A stretch of DNA of 64,000 bases from a virus. Below are positions 50,625-61,176 of this stretch, in pieces. The position numbers were made by a program, and so were the translations under genes. The notes below the pieces were generated by a model. That model did no database searches. It had not been told where the DNA came from and saw only the letters and a list, made by a program, of their open reading frames with translations. The stretch lies in IMG/VR virus record IMGVR_UViG_3300045999_011383. The stretch is one strand, 5' to 3'. Each line of letters starts with the position of its first letter. The first letter of the stretch is position 1.

Positions 50625-51061
50625 GATTGCGATTTTAAATCCTCAATCTCGTGGACATAAACAACATCAAAACCTGCTAATTCTACGTCACTTGTTTCTA
50701 TAAAAGGTTGATAATTTGGGTCGGGTTCAGTGCGTTGCAATAAGGCAAAAATAGCATTAAAAGTTTCTTCTGAAATTAACTCACCTTCTTTCAAGATCGC
50801 AAGATTTGTTAATGCAAAATCAATTGATCTACTTTGGATTGATTCTACAAATCTTTCGTAGGTTTTTGTTTCTACAACTTTTATTGTATTCTCGTCAATC
50901 CCAATTTTAATTATGTCTTCCAGTGTGGGAACTATTGGTATTTGCTCCTGTGGTTTAGGGTTGGGAATTAACTTTTTTTCATTCAATTTTCCAGTTAGTT
51001 CCCTGGCGGATAATTCAGGAAATTGTGCAATTTGAGAAAGTAGCCATTGTTGTTTTGTCAT
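50621..51061 (-). CDS. hypothetical tail-module protein
   Basis: 146-aa ORF with a 4-nt overlap. Confidence 0.45.
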   Translation of the reverse strand: MTKQQWLLSQIAQFPELSARELTGKLNEKKLIPNPKPQEQIPIVPTLEDIIKIGIDENTIKVVETKTYERFVESIQSRSIDFALTNLAILKEGELISEETFNAIFALLQRTEPDPNYQPFIETSDVELAGFDVVYVHEIEDLKSQS

Positions 51062-51073
51062 AGTTTTAAATTT

Positions 51074-51826
51074 TTAAATATATGGGGGTGAGAATTTAAA
51101 AGGATGGTTGTTTGCTAAGTTGTCGGCTGTACCCCACCTCCAAGCGAAGTAGCCCTCAATCTGCTGGCGGCTTGCAGTGGAGAGGGCAGACCTGATTAGC
51201 AAAAGTTCCGAAATGTTTGCGTCAAGAAATTGGGGGAACCAAGACCTCCTCCCAATTTCTATTGTGCTGTCAATATTAGTGTTTATGATGTTTGGAGTCG
51301 CCGTTGTTTGCTGCAACAAAGTCCCATTTCTGTGTGCTTGTCTAATTCCAGCATCAAAAGTGTAGTTCTGTATATCCGCGCTGGAAGTATAAGGGATATT
51401 AACTGGAGCAGTATTATTGATCCAAAAGGCTCCGCCCGACTCGATGCTAAATTGTGAACCGTTGTTACCGGCGGTATTGATTAGAGTCCCGGAAGTACCT
51501 CTTATGACGGTTGATACTGTCAAACCACTCAGTCCAGAAATTAAACCGCTCCACCCCGAAGAAGACAAAAAATCATCCAAACCATCAAACGATAGGGATG
51601 GCTTTCCGTTTAGTCCATCAGGTGTGTATGTCGGCTGATTTGCTTTGGTTGCTTGTGTTGCGTGCCTGTTATTTCCTGATATATCGCTCCACTGAGAAGC
51701 CGTTGTACCATCAAGAATTACGCTACCTGACTCCATTGTGCTAAACCATGCAGCAATATTAATTCCTGGTATTTTGTCAGGAGTCAATAGCCTTCTCGTT
51801 ATCACAATCAATTTACTATTTCTCAT
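51074..51826 (-). CDS. LamG/concanavalin-like domain tail fibre-associated protein
   Basis: WSDISGNNRHATQATKANQPTY...GKPSLSFDGLDDFL. The ATG at 51826 lies 1 nt after the upstream stop. Confidence 0.5.
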   Translation of the reverse strand: MRNSKLIVITRRLLTPDKIPGINIAAWFSTMESGSVILDGTTASQWSDISGNNRHATQATKANQPTYTPDGLNGKPSLSFDGLDDFLSSSGWSGLISGLSGLTVSTVIRGTSGTLINTAGNNGSQFSIESGGAFWINNTAPVNIPYTSSADIQNYTFDAGIRQAHRNGTLLQQTTATPNIINTNIDSTIEIGRRSWFPQFLDANISELLLIRSALSTASRQQIEGYFAWRWGTADNLANNHPFKFSPPYI

Positions 51827-51827
51827 A

Positions 51828-52682
51828 TTATGCCAAGAAAGAATTGATAGTGATTGTACCTGTTTCTGCACTGCTTGTGGGTGTAAATGCGTTTGGAGTT
51901 ACTGCGTATGCCCACAAAGAAGTGCTATTTGCGGCTAATTTAACCTGCCTGTTGATGTTTGATGCCATAGCAAAAAAGCTACCACCACCTCTCATCGTTG
52001 CAATTGATAAGGTAATTCCATCTTCAGTTAAGTGAAAGTCTCTATCAGCAGATGCACCATTAAAAACAAGATTGTCAGCGATCGCGGATGGAGGTGAAGC
52101 ACTGTATAAATAAATTACAAGGCTAGTCATCCCGCTGGGAGGCGTGGAAGTATTGAACATTATTTTTATATTATTAATAAAAATATTACCCCCACTAGAA
52201 CCAACATTTGACAGTTCGATTATTGAGCCATATACGTCATTAGCTGTATAAGCAGTTGCTCCCGATGGTCTTTGAATAGTTGCGGTACTAGCAAATCCAG
52301 TTCCGTTGCTTAATGCCCTAGAGATAGCAGACAGCCATCCCAGGATACCTCCCCCACCCGCGGGCATGGTTGCATCAGTGATTTGAGTACCAAAACTAAT
52401 TTGATTCGTTACGTCTACTGGTAATCTGTTATTTATCGGTGAAGGTAATCTGTCGGTAATTGTTTTCCAAATAGCTGATACCCACCCCAGGATACCTCCC
52501 CCACCCGCGGGCATGGTTGCATCGGTGATTTGAGTACCAAAGTCTACAGTAGTAGTACCACCTCCCCCTGTACCACCACCCTCTACTTGAACGATGGGAA
52601 TATAAGGAGAATCAGGCGTACCTTCTCCTGTGGCCTTGACATATTCCGCCGTTCCTCTTACTCCTAAAATAGGCTGATTCAT
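51828..52682 (-). CDS. tail fibre/receptor-binding candidate with an internal 49-codon duplication
   Basis: FGTQITDATMPAGGGGILGW occurs twice (DNA copies at 52339..52394 and 52486..52541, 55 of 56 identical). The N- and C-termini are paralogous to 54192..54779. Confidence 0.55.
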   Translation of the reverse strand: MNQPILGVRGTAEYVKATGEGTPDSPYIPIVQVEGGGTGGGGTTTVDFGTQITDATMPAGGGGILGWVSAIWKTITDRLPSPINNRLPVDVTNQISFGTQITDATMPAGGGGILGWLSAISRALSNGTGFASTATIQRPSGATAYTANDVYGSIIELSNVGSSGGNIFINNIKIMFNTSTPPSGMTSLVIYLYSASPPSAIADNLVFNGASADRDFHLTEDGITLSIATMRGGGSFFAMASNINRQVKLAANSTSLWAYAVTPNAFTPTSSAETGTITINSFLA

Positions 52683-52729
52683 TGCTTTATTTTACAAGAA
52701 TATTGGTTCAATGTTAGCACAAAATCATA

Positions 52730-53656
52730 TTAATTTGCTACTCTCATTAATATGTAATCTCCTGTTAGATCCTGTGCATTAGTGTTACCTAATCTACCAA
52801 CTACAACACAATGAATTACGCCATGGTTTTTGTATGCTGATGTGGCATTAGCCATATTTAAAGATACAATATCCCCTAATTGAGGGGCTGGTTCAGTGCC
52901 GTCAACTTTCCATTTAAAAACATTAGGAATATAGCCTAGCGGGACTGTATTTAAAGTTGGTCGCCTAAGATATAATTCAACCTCGCTTTGGGTGGCTGTA
53001 CCGTTAATTTTTGTGTGAGCATAATTAGCGATCGCCCCTGTAGTTGCCACCAAAAGATTGTCTACTAAAGTTCCTGCTGAACACTGATTTTGGAGTAACG
53101 AATTAGAAAATCCCTCAGATGCTCTGCCAGTATAAAAACAATAGGAATTAAGTGGAAAAGCAAAATCTGAATTACTCAAAACTCCATTACTAAAAAAGTA
53201 ATAATTAAGTGCATTTTTAAATATAAAAATGCTAAAAGATGAATTGTTTGCAACCATCCAACAAATTATTTGAGAATTTGTTGACGGGTTCATCAGAGCC
53301 GTACTACCATAAACCCTGGTTAAATTTTCGTGAAATATAACAGATGCTGCATCCGGCGGATCAAAGCCTATCGAACGCATAAGAAAAATAAATCTAGTTG
53401 TATTTGGGTTAACAATACCAGGCCAAGAATTGAAGCCAGGTGTGGTTATAGTTCCAGCAAGGGTTTCTTGAGTAATATTTGGCCTCCAATCAATTCTAAA
53501 AAAGAAGTTAGAAGCATCAAAAAAAGTCCCATTAGCTCTATCATTAGAACCCAGTGCTTGCCTGATACAAGTTAATATTTCAGCCCAGTTAATAGGCGTA
53601 GTCCCAAATTTACTACCTATATAATAATTTCCAAAGGCATCATTAAAAATAGTCAT
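52730..53656 (-). CDS. hypothetical tail-module protein
   Basis: 308-aa ORF. Confidence 0.5.
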   Translation of the reverse strand: MTIFNDAFGNYYIGSKFGTTPINWAEILTCIRQALGSNDRANGTFFDASNFFFRIDWRPNITQETLAGTITTPGFNSWPGIVNPNTTRFIFLMRSIGFDPPDAASVIFHENLTRVYGSTALMNPSTNSQIICWMVANNSSFSIFIFKNALNYYFFSNGVLSNSDFAFPLNSYCFYTGRASEGFSNSLLQNQCSAGTLVDNLLVATTGAIANYAHTKINGTATQSEVELYLRRPTLNTVPLGYIPNVFKWKVDGTEPAPQLGDIVSLNMANATSAYKNHGVIHCVVVGRLGNTNAQDLTGDYILMRVAN

Positions 53657-54186
53657 GATAAAGCCCCTTTGCTTTGCTCTTCAAAGCTTAATGATTGTAT
53701 TAAGGTAAGTGTATTTTTGTTTTGTTCTTCAAAATTTAGTAAACTAACTTGCTGGGATATAAATATTTTTTGTTCTGTAAAGGTTGCGGTTATTTCCCAT
53801 AAGTTAGCTCCTTGATTTGTGGCACTCCATTTATCACAGATAAAATCTTTATACCCAAAAGCATCACTAGGTCGCCATTGAAATCTAGCAAAACCCCCGT
53901 ACTGTTTGAATGTAGATACAATCTCATCTTTTAAGATTGTACTTAAATCGGGAATTGCTATTTCATAAGTTGCTCTCACAGAATCAGGGTTAATTACTGT
54001 TTGGCTGTAATTGTCTCCTAATTTAGTAGTCTGCTGAAATATTGTTTTGCTACCAGAATAACTCCATTTTATAGGTGGTAAACTCAAGATAGGTGCATTG
54101 GAACTGGGTGGCGGAAAAAATGTTGTACCACTTATTGCACCCTTGCTTTGTTGCTCAAACTCTAGCGCGGCTATTGGATTAATCAT
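53653..54186 (-). CDS. minor tail protein M-like
   Basis: LGDNYSQTV...TYEIAIPDLS...FKQYGGFARFQWRP...FICDKWS...WEITATFTEQ parallels lambda gpM (FGDGYSQ...HGGWKSFLWTP...CAKWS...EFEQ, from memory). Confidence 0.6.
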   Translation of the reverse strand: MINPIAALEFEQQSKGAISGTTFFPPPSSNAPILSLPPIKWSYSGSKTIFQQTTKLGDNYSQTVINPDSVRATYEIAIPDLSTILKDEIVSTFKQYGGFARFQWRPSDAFGYKDFICDKWSATNQGANLWEITATFTEQKIFISQQVSLLNFEEQNKNTLTLIQSLSFEEQSKGALS

Positions 54187-54191
54187 GTTGA

Positions 54192-54779
54192 CTACTTAGC
54201 GTATAATCGAACTATAAAACTACTACTAGCATTATGACTAAAGGCAGATAAACTTACCAAGTATCCCCATAGAGACGTACTGGCATTGGACAACTTAAAC
54301 ATTGAATTAATCAAGATTGTTTCAGTTACAACTGTTCCCCCGCCCCTGGCTAAGTTTGCAGTTAAGGCAATTCCATTTAATGTTAACAAGGATGCTCTGT
54401 TGTTGGTAGGAACACTAAATAATTCATTGTTAGCAAATGTGGTTGCAGGACTAGAATTGAATAAGTACAGCGCAAAATCGCTCATACCAGTGGGTAGGGT
54501 TGCTAAGTCAAAGACAATGCTCACACTAGTTAATTCAATGATCCCCCCACTATTTCCAATATTAGGAATTTGGAATAAGTTGCCATAAACTTTGTTAATA
54601 TCATAAGCTGTTGTTGTGGCTGGTTTAGTGACAGTAACCTCAGAAAAATATTTAGGATTACTGACAACTAAGTTATTAGCAACTGTAAATGCTGGTATGT
54701 AAGGCGTGGCTAAACTGCCATCGCCATCTGCCTCTCTGTACTGTGTGTTTCCATTTGGACCAATATAAGGCTGTGCCAT
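54192..54779 (-). CDS. tail fibre/receptor-binding paralogue
   Basis: 195 aa that aligns by eye with both ends of the 284-aa protein (SLWGYLVSLSAF versus SLWAYAVTPNAF). Confidence 0.5.
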   Translation of the reverse strand: MAQPYIGPNGNTQYREADGDGSLATPYIPAFTVANNLVVSNPKYFSEVTVTKPATTTAYDINKVYGNLFQIPNIGNSGGIIELTSVSIVFDLATLPTGMSDFALYLFNSSPATTFANNELFSVPTNNRASLLTLNGIALTANLARGGGTVVTETILINSMFKLSNASTSLWGYLVSLSAFSHNASSSFIVRLYAK

Positions 54780-57265
54780 TAAAATTCTCCTGCAAAGAAT
54801 GAGTTGTTTTTGTTATTAAAAGAAGAGACTAACTTAGCACCAAGATTATTAGCTTGAATAAAGATACTAACCTTGTTATTTGTGGTTACAGCCGCTATTC
54901 TGACAATATAATCGCCAATGGTTAAATTGTCCCATCTAGCTGAAAGTTCCGCTGTTTCTAATATGCTATTCCATTCAGATCCTTCACTTTTTTTGTATTG
55001 TATTCTGTAGTTTTTGATGTAAGGTTCTTCTATCAATCTTACACTATTAATACTTCCTGTGACTGGACTTGGTGCGGAATTTGAAACAGTAAAACTAAAT
55101 TGAGTATTACTGATCTTTGTAATAATAAATCTGCTGTTGTAAGCTGATTGATCCGCTCCACTAATTTGAATTAAATCATTGGTTTGATAGTTGTGATTGG
55201 CTGTTGTGGTCGCGATCGCACTACCATTAAAAACAGTCAGACTGGAAACACTAAGCTTAGTTCCAAAATCTTCCCTATAAGGTCGTTGCCATGAAGCTAG
55301 TAAAGAATAAGTATCAATATTATTGATGCTAATTTTTATTAGCTCTACAGAAAAATTATTAGGTGGTGCAACTTCTGTCGGTAGTGGGTTTTGATTGATA
55401 TCTTTGGGTATCTTGATTCCTGTTTCTACTTGGGTAAAAAAATCTTCACTGTAGGTTTTTGCGGTTACTTCAAACAAGGATCTATTTTCAGAATCAGGTG
55501 CTACATCTGTGATCCTATATAGCTTTACCCTGCTAATTTCATCTACTATCTGCCATGGTGAGTGAACAATCGGTAATGTGGTCAATGGTGTACTGAGATT
55601 AATTTCCGTGAAAGTTCCTGCGGGGTTAGCGATCGCTCTCTCAATTACGGATTCATCAGGAAGGGTTAAATAAATCTTTTTTCCTGTATTTGCAGTCAGT
55701 GTGATAGGTGCGTCTAAAGTAATTTTATTGGCTGTGACCGCAGACACCAATCCCCCAACTCTGACTTTGTTCCTAGCGGTATCAGATACTTGAATCACAT
55801 CACCGGGTTGAAAAAACATAGCCCGCGCCCTAATCTTGCAGGTCAAGGTAATGACGTTAGGTAAAGAGCTTAAAATAGTCCTGCGTCCTGATCTAATAGC
55901 AGCGGCTCGCCTAGTTTCTCCTAATAGTGCATATTCTTCCGTTTGATATCCATACCTATCAATAGAAGCTGGTTCTTCAACAATCTCTGGGACTAACTCC
56001 CAGTCCTCAATAGTTGACTGATAAGATACCTTGGCTACAGTAGTTACAGTATTGAGTTCCCTGGTTTGATAAACAAATTTTCCTTCCTCTACATCTGCGT
56101 TAGTCAGTATTTTTGGTAAGGCACTCATTGGGCGCTCCTGCCAAAAGCTGATTTGTGAGCCATTCCAATAAGGCTTTGCGTACATTGTGGAACAAACAGC
56201 CCGCACCATTTCTAACACCGATTCCTGCCCGCCAGAACCCAGGATGGTGTTAAATAAAAACCTTCTTTCCGTTCCTCCGCCGCCGTCAGAAACAAATTGG
56301 TTGTTGTACACACTGCATTGATAGAGTGCAAATTTATCAATGTAAGATTCCGGTATACCTAATCTAAATCTGGGGTTAGTCAGTAAATAGTAAACAATCC
56401 AGGCGGGATCTGCGGTTGCTTTAGTGGGTGTGTACAGCGTTCCATTCCAGCCGCCATTAAAGTCTGTCCCCCTGTCGGTTGCGTTGATGGTTGCATTGCT
56501 GGGTATTTTGCAATCCTTGATGCCTTTAACCTTTACCCAAACTTCTGGAGTTGACTGGAAGGTTTTAGCGGGGAATCCCAGTGCCAGTAGCGCAGTATTT
56601 GAGTATAAAACCTGGTCTTCAGTTATTTCCGTGTAATCAGCCCATTTTACAACTACGGTTTCTTTATCTTCTCTGTCATCAGGGTTAGGCGGCTCTACTG
56701 GACCAGTTTTTTTGACTCTAACTTCAAAATAATCCTTGCTAGAATCAACAGGAAATATAAATTCAAAGGTCACAAAATCTGGATAGCGGACAATCATGCA
56801 CTTAGAAATTCGGTCAACAAAAACACCGTTAACTCCTTCCTTAATGGCAACGCTAAAACAAATATCTGTTTTTAATCTGTCACCACTTTTGTTAACAAAT
56901 TCCGCTAAAAAACTAAGTCTAATTTTGATTTTGTTAATGTCAGCATTTGTAATGCTTCTGGTTATTCCAACTCCATCATTTTTGACGACTAAATTAACTG
57001 GGTTGACATTGTACGTGCCACTAAAGTTAAAACTTCCATTCATTGAAGACATCCACGGCAGCACCGGATTTTTCCCCCCGTTGCTACTGTCTATGTTTAC
57101 ATCCTTAAAATTGGGACTGCCGTTATTGTTAATATAGGGGGTTTTATCAAAATAGACATCCTTAGCTGATTCAATGCCTTCTATTTCACCTTCACAAATT
57201 CCTAACAATAACTTAACAGTATCATCAGTAGTTCCGGTAATAGGATCAATAATTGGTTTAGACAT
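54779..57265 (-). CDS. host-specificity / central tail fibre protein J-like
   Basis: 828 aa, positioned after the K and I homologues. The size and layout are typical of gpJ-type tip proteins. Confidence 0.7.
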   Translation of the reverse strand: MSKPIIDPITGTTDDTVKLLLGICEGEIEGIESAKDVYFDKTPYINNNGSPNFKDVNIDSSNGGKNPVLPWMSSMNGSFNFSGTYNVNPVNLVVKNDGVGITRSITNADINKIKIRLSFLAEFVNKSGDRLKTDICFSVAIKEGVNGVFVDRISKCMIVRYPDFVTFEFIFPVDSSKDYFEVRVKKTGPVEPPNPDDREDKETVVVKWADYTEITEDQVLYSNTALLALGFPAKTFQSTPEVWVKVKGIKDCKIPSNATINATDRGTDFNGGWNGTLYTPTKATADPAWIVYYLLTNPRFRLGIPESYIDKFALYQCSVYNNQFVSDGGGGTERRFLFNTILGSGGQESVLEMVRAVCSTMYAKPYWNGSQISFWQERPMSALPKILTNADVEEGKFVYQTRELNTVTTVAKVSYQSTIEDWELVPEIVEEPASIDRYGYQTEEYALLGETRRAAAIRSGRRTILSSLPNVITLTCKIRARAMFFQPGDVIQVSDTARNKVRVGGLVSAVTANKITLDAPITLTANTGKKIYLTLPDESVIERAIANPAGTFTEINLSTPLTTLPIVHSPWQIVDEISRVKLYRITDVAPDSENRSLFEVTAKTYSEDFFTQVETGIKIPKDINQNPLPTEVAPPNNFSVELIKISINNIDTYSLLASWQRPYREDFGTKLSVSSLTVFNGSAIATTTANHNYQTNDLIQISGADQSAYNSRFIITKISNTQFSFTVSNSAPSPVTGSINSVRLIEEPYIKNYRIQYKKSEGSEWNSILETAELSARWDNLTIGDYIVRIAAVTTNNKVSIFIQANNLGAKLVSSFNNKNNSFFAGEF

Positions 57266-57270
57266 AATAT

Positions 57271-58242
57271 TTATGGATAAACTTGAGATTGTACCAAAAT
57301 CGTTAGCTGCTTATAGTGCATTTTAGCTAGACTGATGAAATTTGAGTAATAATCTAATTCCTCTTCACTATAGCCATCTGGATTGCAATATAGCTTTGTA
57401 TCACCAATATTAAATGGACTCGTTGTAACAAATTTTGTGGGAAAATTTATGCCATCTTCCTGATAAGGATCATAGTAAGAAATAAATGGTTTGTTACCAG
57501 AAAACCGCACTAGTTGTAATATTTCTCCAGTCGGAATAGTGGATTTTAACGTTGTAGTTTTCACAGTAAAGGTAACTACATGGCTTGGATCTGGATAATT
57601 TGTGCTATCTTCCTCATAATCTTCTATCAGCAAAACTGGACATTTGGCATAATCCGCGTAGTCCTGTTCTTTGGTTGCTGGATCGGAAAACGGAAAAGTT
57701 GGTGAACTAATTTCCTGTGACAATACTTGAAAGTTTTTTACCAGTACGTCACCAAAAACCAGTGGTATAGGTGTTCCTTCTTTGGTATTGTAGCCTGATG
57801 CTTGAAAGAAGGTTGATCTAGCTTCTTCATTTTTCTTAGGATTGCCGTTAATCAAAGAACTAAGCAGCGATGTAGCACCGCTTAATATCAAAGATATGCC
57901 TAGCCCGGTTGCTGCTCCTGTAGCTACCAGTGCAATACCAATACCAATCATGGCGATACTGGTTAAGGTGCGTCCTGAACTTTCAATTACTGGGGTAATT
58001 TCTACTACGCATCCGGTAACAGGCAGTACAACAGATGGGGAATCTTCTATGATATAGCGTTCCCAATTGTTGCCCTTCACTACCATTGTGTAGTGCCACT
58101 CAGATCCTAATACGTAGTGCCTAAAGTCAGGGAAATTACAGCACAGAAAATTAACAACCTCTTGGGGTGTATTTAGTTCCCCTTTTATTTCCGGTGCAAA
58201 TTCAACACCTAAGATCCCATTTAACTTTATTGTTGTTAGCAT
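57271..58242 (-). CDS. tail assembly protein I-like
   Basis: 323 aa, between the K-like and J-like genes, with a central Gly/Ala-rich hydrophobic segment. Confidence 0.5.
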   Translation of the reverse strand: MLTTIKLNGILGVEFAPEIKGELNTPQEVVNFLCCNFPDFRHYVLGSEWHYTMVVKGNNWERYIIEDSPSVVLPVTGCVVEITPVIESSGRTLTSIAMIGIGIALVATGAATGLGISLILSGATSLLSSLINGNPKKNEEARSTFFQASGYNTKEGTPIPLVFGDVLVKNFQVLSQEISSPTFPFSDPATKEQDYADYAKCPVLLIEDYEEDSTNYPDPSHVVTFTVKTTTLKSTIPTGEILQLVRFSGNKPFISYYDPYQEDGINFPTKFVTTSPFNIGDTKLYCNPDGYSEEELDYYSNFISLAKMHYKQLTILVQSQVYP

Positions 58243-59012
58243 AAGCGTTTTAATCGGTAGTGAGCCACAGTTCTTTGCCTTAGATATCTTCCATAAGGTT
58301 CAATCTTGCTACAGGATTGTGGAGACATTGAGTGTAAGATTAGATTCTGTTCTGCATCAACTAATACTGCGGCGTGATTTGGTTCTGTTCCATCTCTAAG
58401 CGCGATCGCAAAGATGTCATGTTGCTTAATTTTCATGCCTGGTGGCATAAGCATTAATTCTCTATTAACATCAAGTGGACACTTATAGTTTTTACTGGGA
58501 AAATTGTCAGTATTAGTTCGAGTAAATTCCCCAAGGTCAACCCCAAGTACGCCTAAGCAATACCTTCTGACTATTGAGAAACAATCAGAACGTCCCCACT
58601 GAAAGGGTATGTTTTGATAAAATTCTGTTTGTTTAGGATTAAGTTGTGTATATTTAAGCGGAAACGGGTTAGGGTTGTTAGGTTCGTAGTAGTCCCAAGC
58701 GTCTGAGTGTGGATGATACAAGATGATAGGTTTTTGAGTTTGGTGACTCATCTCAATATCAGTATGGGTGAAGTGATTGGGATGGGAATCTAAGTGAGTA
58801 TGCCAAAATGCCTTGACATTATCATAGCTAAATTTTGACAAGTCCCTATGATCTATCCTGCTATTATTTACCGGATCTGGATGCACGTTTTTCAGTGCAA
58901 CAACACTGGTTTTTAGCAAGCCACCTAGCACCAATCCACAGGACTCAATTTGAATATCAGCCTGGGAATTAAGGATATTTTTAATTTGTTCTTTGATTAA
59001 ATTATTAATCAT
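58236..59012 (-). CDS. tail tip protein K-like (JAB/MPN plus NlpC/P60)
   Basis: JAMM-like HTHLDSHPNHFTHTD, then the NlpC/P60-like GRSDCFSIVRRY with downstream His residues. Confidence 0.7.
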   Translation of the reverse strand: MINNLIKEQIKNILNSQADIQIESCGLVLGGLLKTSVVALKNVHPDPVNNSRIDHRDLSKFSYDNVKAFWHTHLDSHPNHFTHTDIEMSHQTQKPIILYHPHSDAWDYYEPNNPNPFPLKYTQLNPKQTEFYQNIPFQWGRSDCFSIVRRYCLGVLGVDLGEFTRTNTDNFPSKNYKCPLDVNRELMLMPPGMKIKQHDIFAIALRDGTEPNHAAVLVDAEQNLILHSMSPQSCSKIEPYGRYLRQRTVAHYRLKRLC

Positions 59013-59083
59013 CTTTGATCGGAAAAAGTCGGATTTTACTTATTAGATATGATAGCATATCTAATATTAATTAATAAAAAAAT

Positions 59084-60994
59084 ATGCTAAACACAACATT
59101 ATTATCACCCGCAGTTCAGGCACTTGTTTCCACTTGGATTGGGGTAATTAGACAATCTGATCAGAACCCAGTAGATAAATATGCAGAAATGCTTAAAGAG
59201 TCCCCTGTGGCTTCAGCAGCTAACGATCTGCGGACACTTTTGGGTGTTTCAATGATGGGAAAGTATCAGCACTTTGATGAGAATATTCAGGAATTTGTAT
59301 TAACTTCCATCAACAGAATGGATGGGAGTTGGTCAAACGTGATTGCTGAAATCCTAACCTTTGTTCCCTTTGGTAGGTCGTTCTCAGAAGTCAGTTATGC
59401 CATTAAAAAACGCAAAGCTTATTTGGATAAAATCAGAACCATTGACCCTCGCTACTATTGGTTTGAAGGCTATTCTGGCAACATCAAGCAAGTCCACTAT
59501 TTAAAAAATGTTGATATTTATATTCCCTATGAGAATGGCATTCATTTAATTAATCAGCCATACCTAGCATTGGGTGGCGATCCCTATGGAGTAGCAACCT
59601 GTCGTAAAGCTTACCCCTTCTGGCAATTAACTAAAATCATCAATGCCTGTTTAGCAATCATTAGTGAAACCCAGGGTAAGATGCTGGTTGGTAAAACAGA
59701 CACAGCAAATAATTCGGCGGTTATGATTAACCCGGATACAGGTTCACCCTACTTAGATCCTGTGACGGGAGAGCCTAAGCTGTATAACCAAGGTTACGTA
59801 ATGTCTAAAAATCTTGCTGAAAGCAGGACTAATGCTTTTGCAGTAATTGATATTGCCGATGAGATATTTGCGGTTGCCAACGAAACCAATGGTGATTTTT
59901 GGATTAATATACTTAGTTACTTAGAGTCCATGATTATGCTATCGTGGCTAGTGCCTAAAACTGTTACAGGTATGGGCATGAGTGGTAGTGGTGACAGTAA
60001 TCTCAACTCTGGTCACAGAAATATCTTAGAACTGGTAATCAAGTCACAGATGGAATTAGTGGGAGACACCTTAATTGAAAAGGTGATCCGTCCCATGATT
60101 GAATTTAACTTTGGTGAGCAAAAAGACTACGGTATTTTCCCCGTCAAAACTCAAGACAATGAAGACGCGATCGCTCTTTTAAGTGTTGTCAATAATTGCG
60201 TGACCAGTGGTACTTTCAGCGGCGAGGATTTAGCAGTAGTTAACCGGATGAGGGAACTAGCAGGAATTGTTCCTTTAGAGTCACTAGAAACCAGTGTAGA
60301 CACAGAGGAGAACGTAGCTGAAAAAAAGTATAGTTCCTGGGCAACTAAGTCTGCCCAGGAATCAAACAGCTTTTACTGGAATGCTAATAGCCAACAATAC
60401 CACTATGCAAACGGCAATAAGAAAGGGCAATTTGTCAGAGAGAAGGATGTAGTCAGAATTACAAAGAAAGCCATAGAATACGAATTACAGGCAGGCAACA
60501 AAATCACTAAAGATTTGCTATCAGGTAAAATTAATGTCAGTACGTGGGAACAGAAGACAGCCCAATCCATCAGGAATTTAGCCATCTACCAATACTCATT
60601 AGGTATAGGTGGCATCAAACAAATGGATTGGCGAGACCATGCCGAAATAAGTGGTAAGGTAAACTTGCAATACCAATATCTGCGTGGTTTTTCCCGTGAC
60701 ATCATCCAGGGTAATCTGTCAGAAGCGCAGATACTAGCTAGGGTGCAGATGTACTACAACAAAACCAGACACTTCTATGAAGATGGCAGGCTAGAAGGTC
60801 ACGCAAGAAATGGGTTCTTGTGGGAAAGAAGGGTTTTAGCAGCTTTCCATAGTTGCGATGATTGTGTGCGTTATAGTGGTGTAGGTTGGGTAAAGATTGG
60901 AACGTTGCCCAACCCAGGAGAAAATTGTCAATGTCGGGCAAATTGCAAATGCGTCAAATACTACTCAAAATCACCAATTTTACCCAGTCTCTAG
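59084..60994 (+). CDS. portal-like protein fused to a MuF/SPP1-gp7-like head-morphogenesis domain
   Basis: 636 aa. The N-terminal ~400 aa look portal-like by general appearance only. The C-terminus, CDDCVRYSG...ENCQCRANCKC, resembles the MuF HxNCRC ending. Confidence 0.45.
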   Translation: MLNTTLLSPAVQALVSTWIGVIRQSDQNPVDKYAEMLKESPVASAANDLRTLLGVSMMGKYQHFDENIQEFVLTSINRMDGSWSNVIAEILTFVPFGRSFSEVSYAIKKRKAYLDKIRTIDPRYYWFEGYSGNIKQVHYLKNVDIYIPYENGIHLINQPYLALGGDPYGVATCRKAYPFWQLTKIINACLAIISETQGKMLVGKTDTANNSAVMINPDTGSPYLDPVTGEPKLYNQGYVMSKNLAESRTNAFAVIDIADEIFAVANETNGDFWINILSYLESMIMLSWLVPKTVTGMGMSGSGDSNLNSGHRNILELVIKSQMELVGDTLIEKVIRPMIEFNFGEQKDYGIFPVKTQDNEDAIALLSVVNNCVTSGTFSGEDLAVVNRMRELAGIVPLESLETSVDTEENVAEKKYSSWATKSAQESNSFYWNANSQQYHYANGNKKGQFVREKDVVRITKKAIEYELQAGNKITKDLLSGKINVSTWEQKTAQSIRNLAIYQYSLGIGGIKQMDWRDHAEISGKVNLQYQYLRGFSRDIIQGNLSEAQILARVQMYYNKTRHFYEDGRLEGHARNGFLWERRVLAAFHSCDDCVRYSGVGWVKIGTLPNPGENCQCRANCKCVKYYSKSPILPSL

Positions 60995-60996
60995 AT

Positions 60997-61176
60997 ATGA
61001 AAGAAGATTTAATACCATTAACACTAGGCTTATTCAGTGCATTGATTGTAGTTACGGTTCTTGTGACACCAAACACAAACGACAGTAAAGTCAACGGTGC
61101 ATACAACGTGGCACTGGCATTAGGATCAGGAGCAGCAGGGATGGCAGCCCCCAGAGGAGGTAAGAAAAGTGACTAA
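60997..61176 (+). CDS. small membrane protein
   Basis: The ATG lies 3 nt after the portal stop (MKEDLIPLTLGLFSALIVVTVLV). Confidence 0.4.
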   Translation: MKEDLIPLTLGLFSALIVVTVLVTPNTNDSKVNGAYNVALALGSGAAGMAAPRGGKKSD

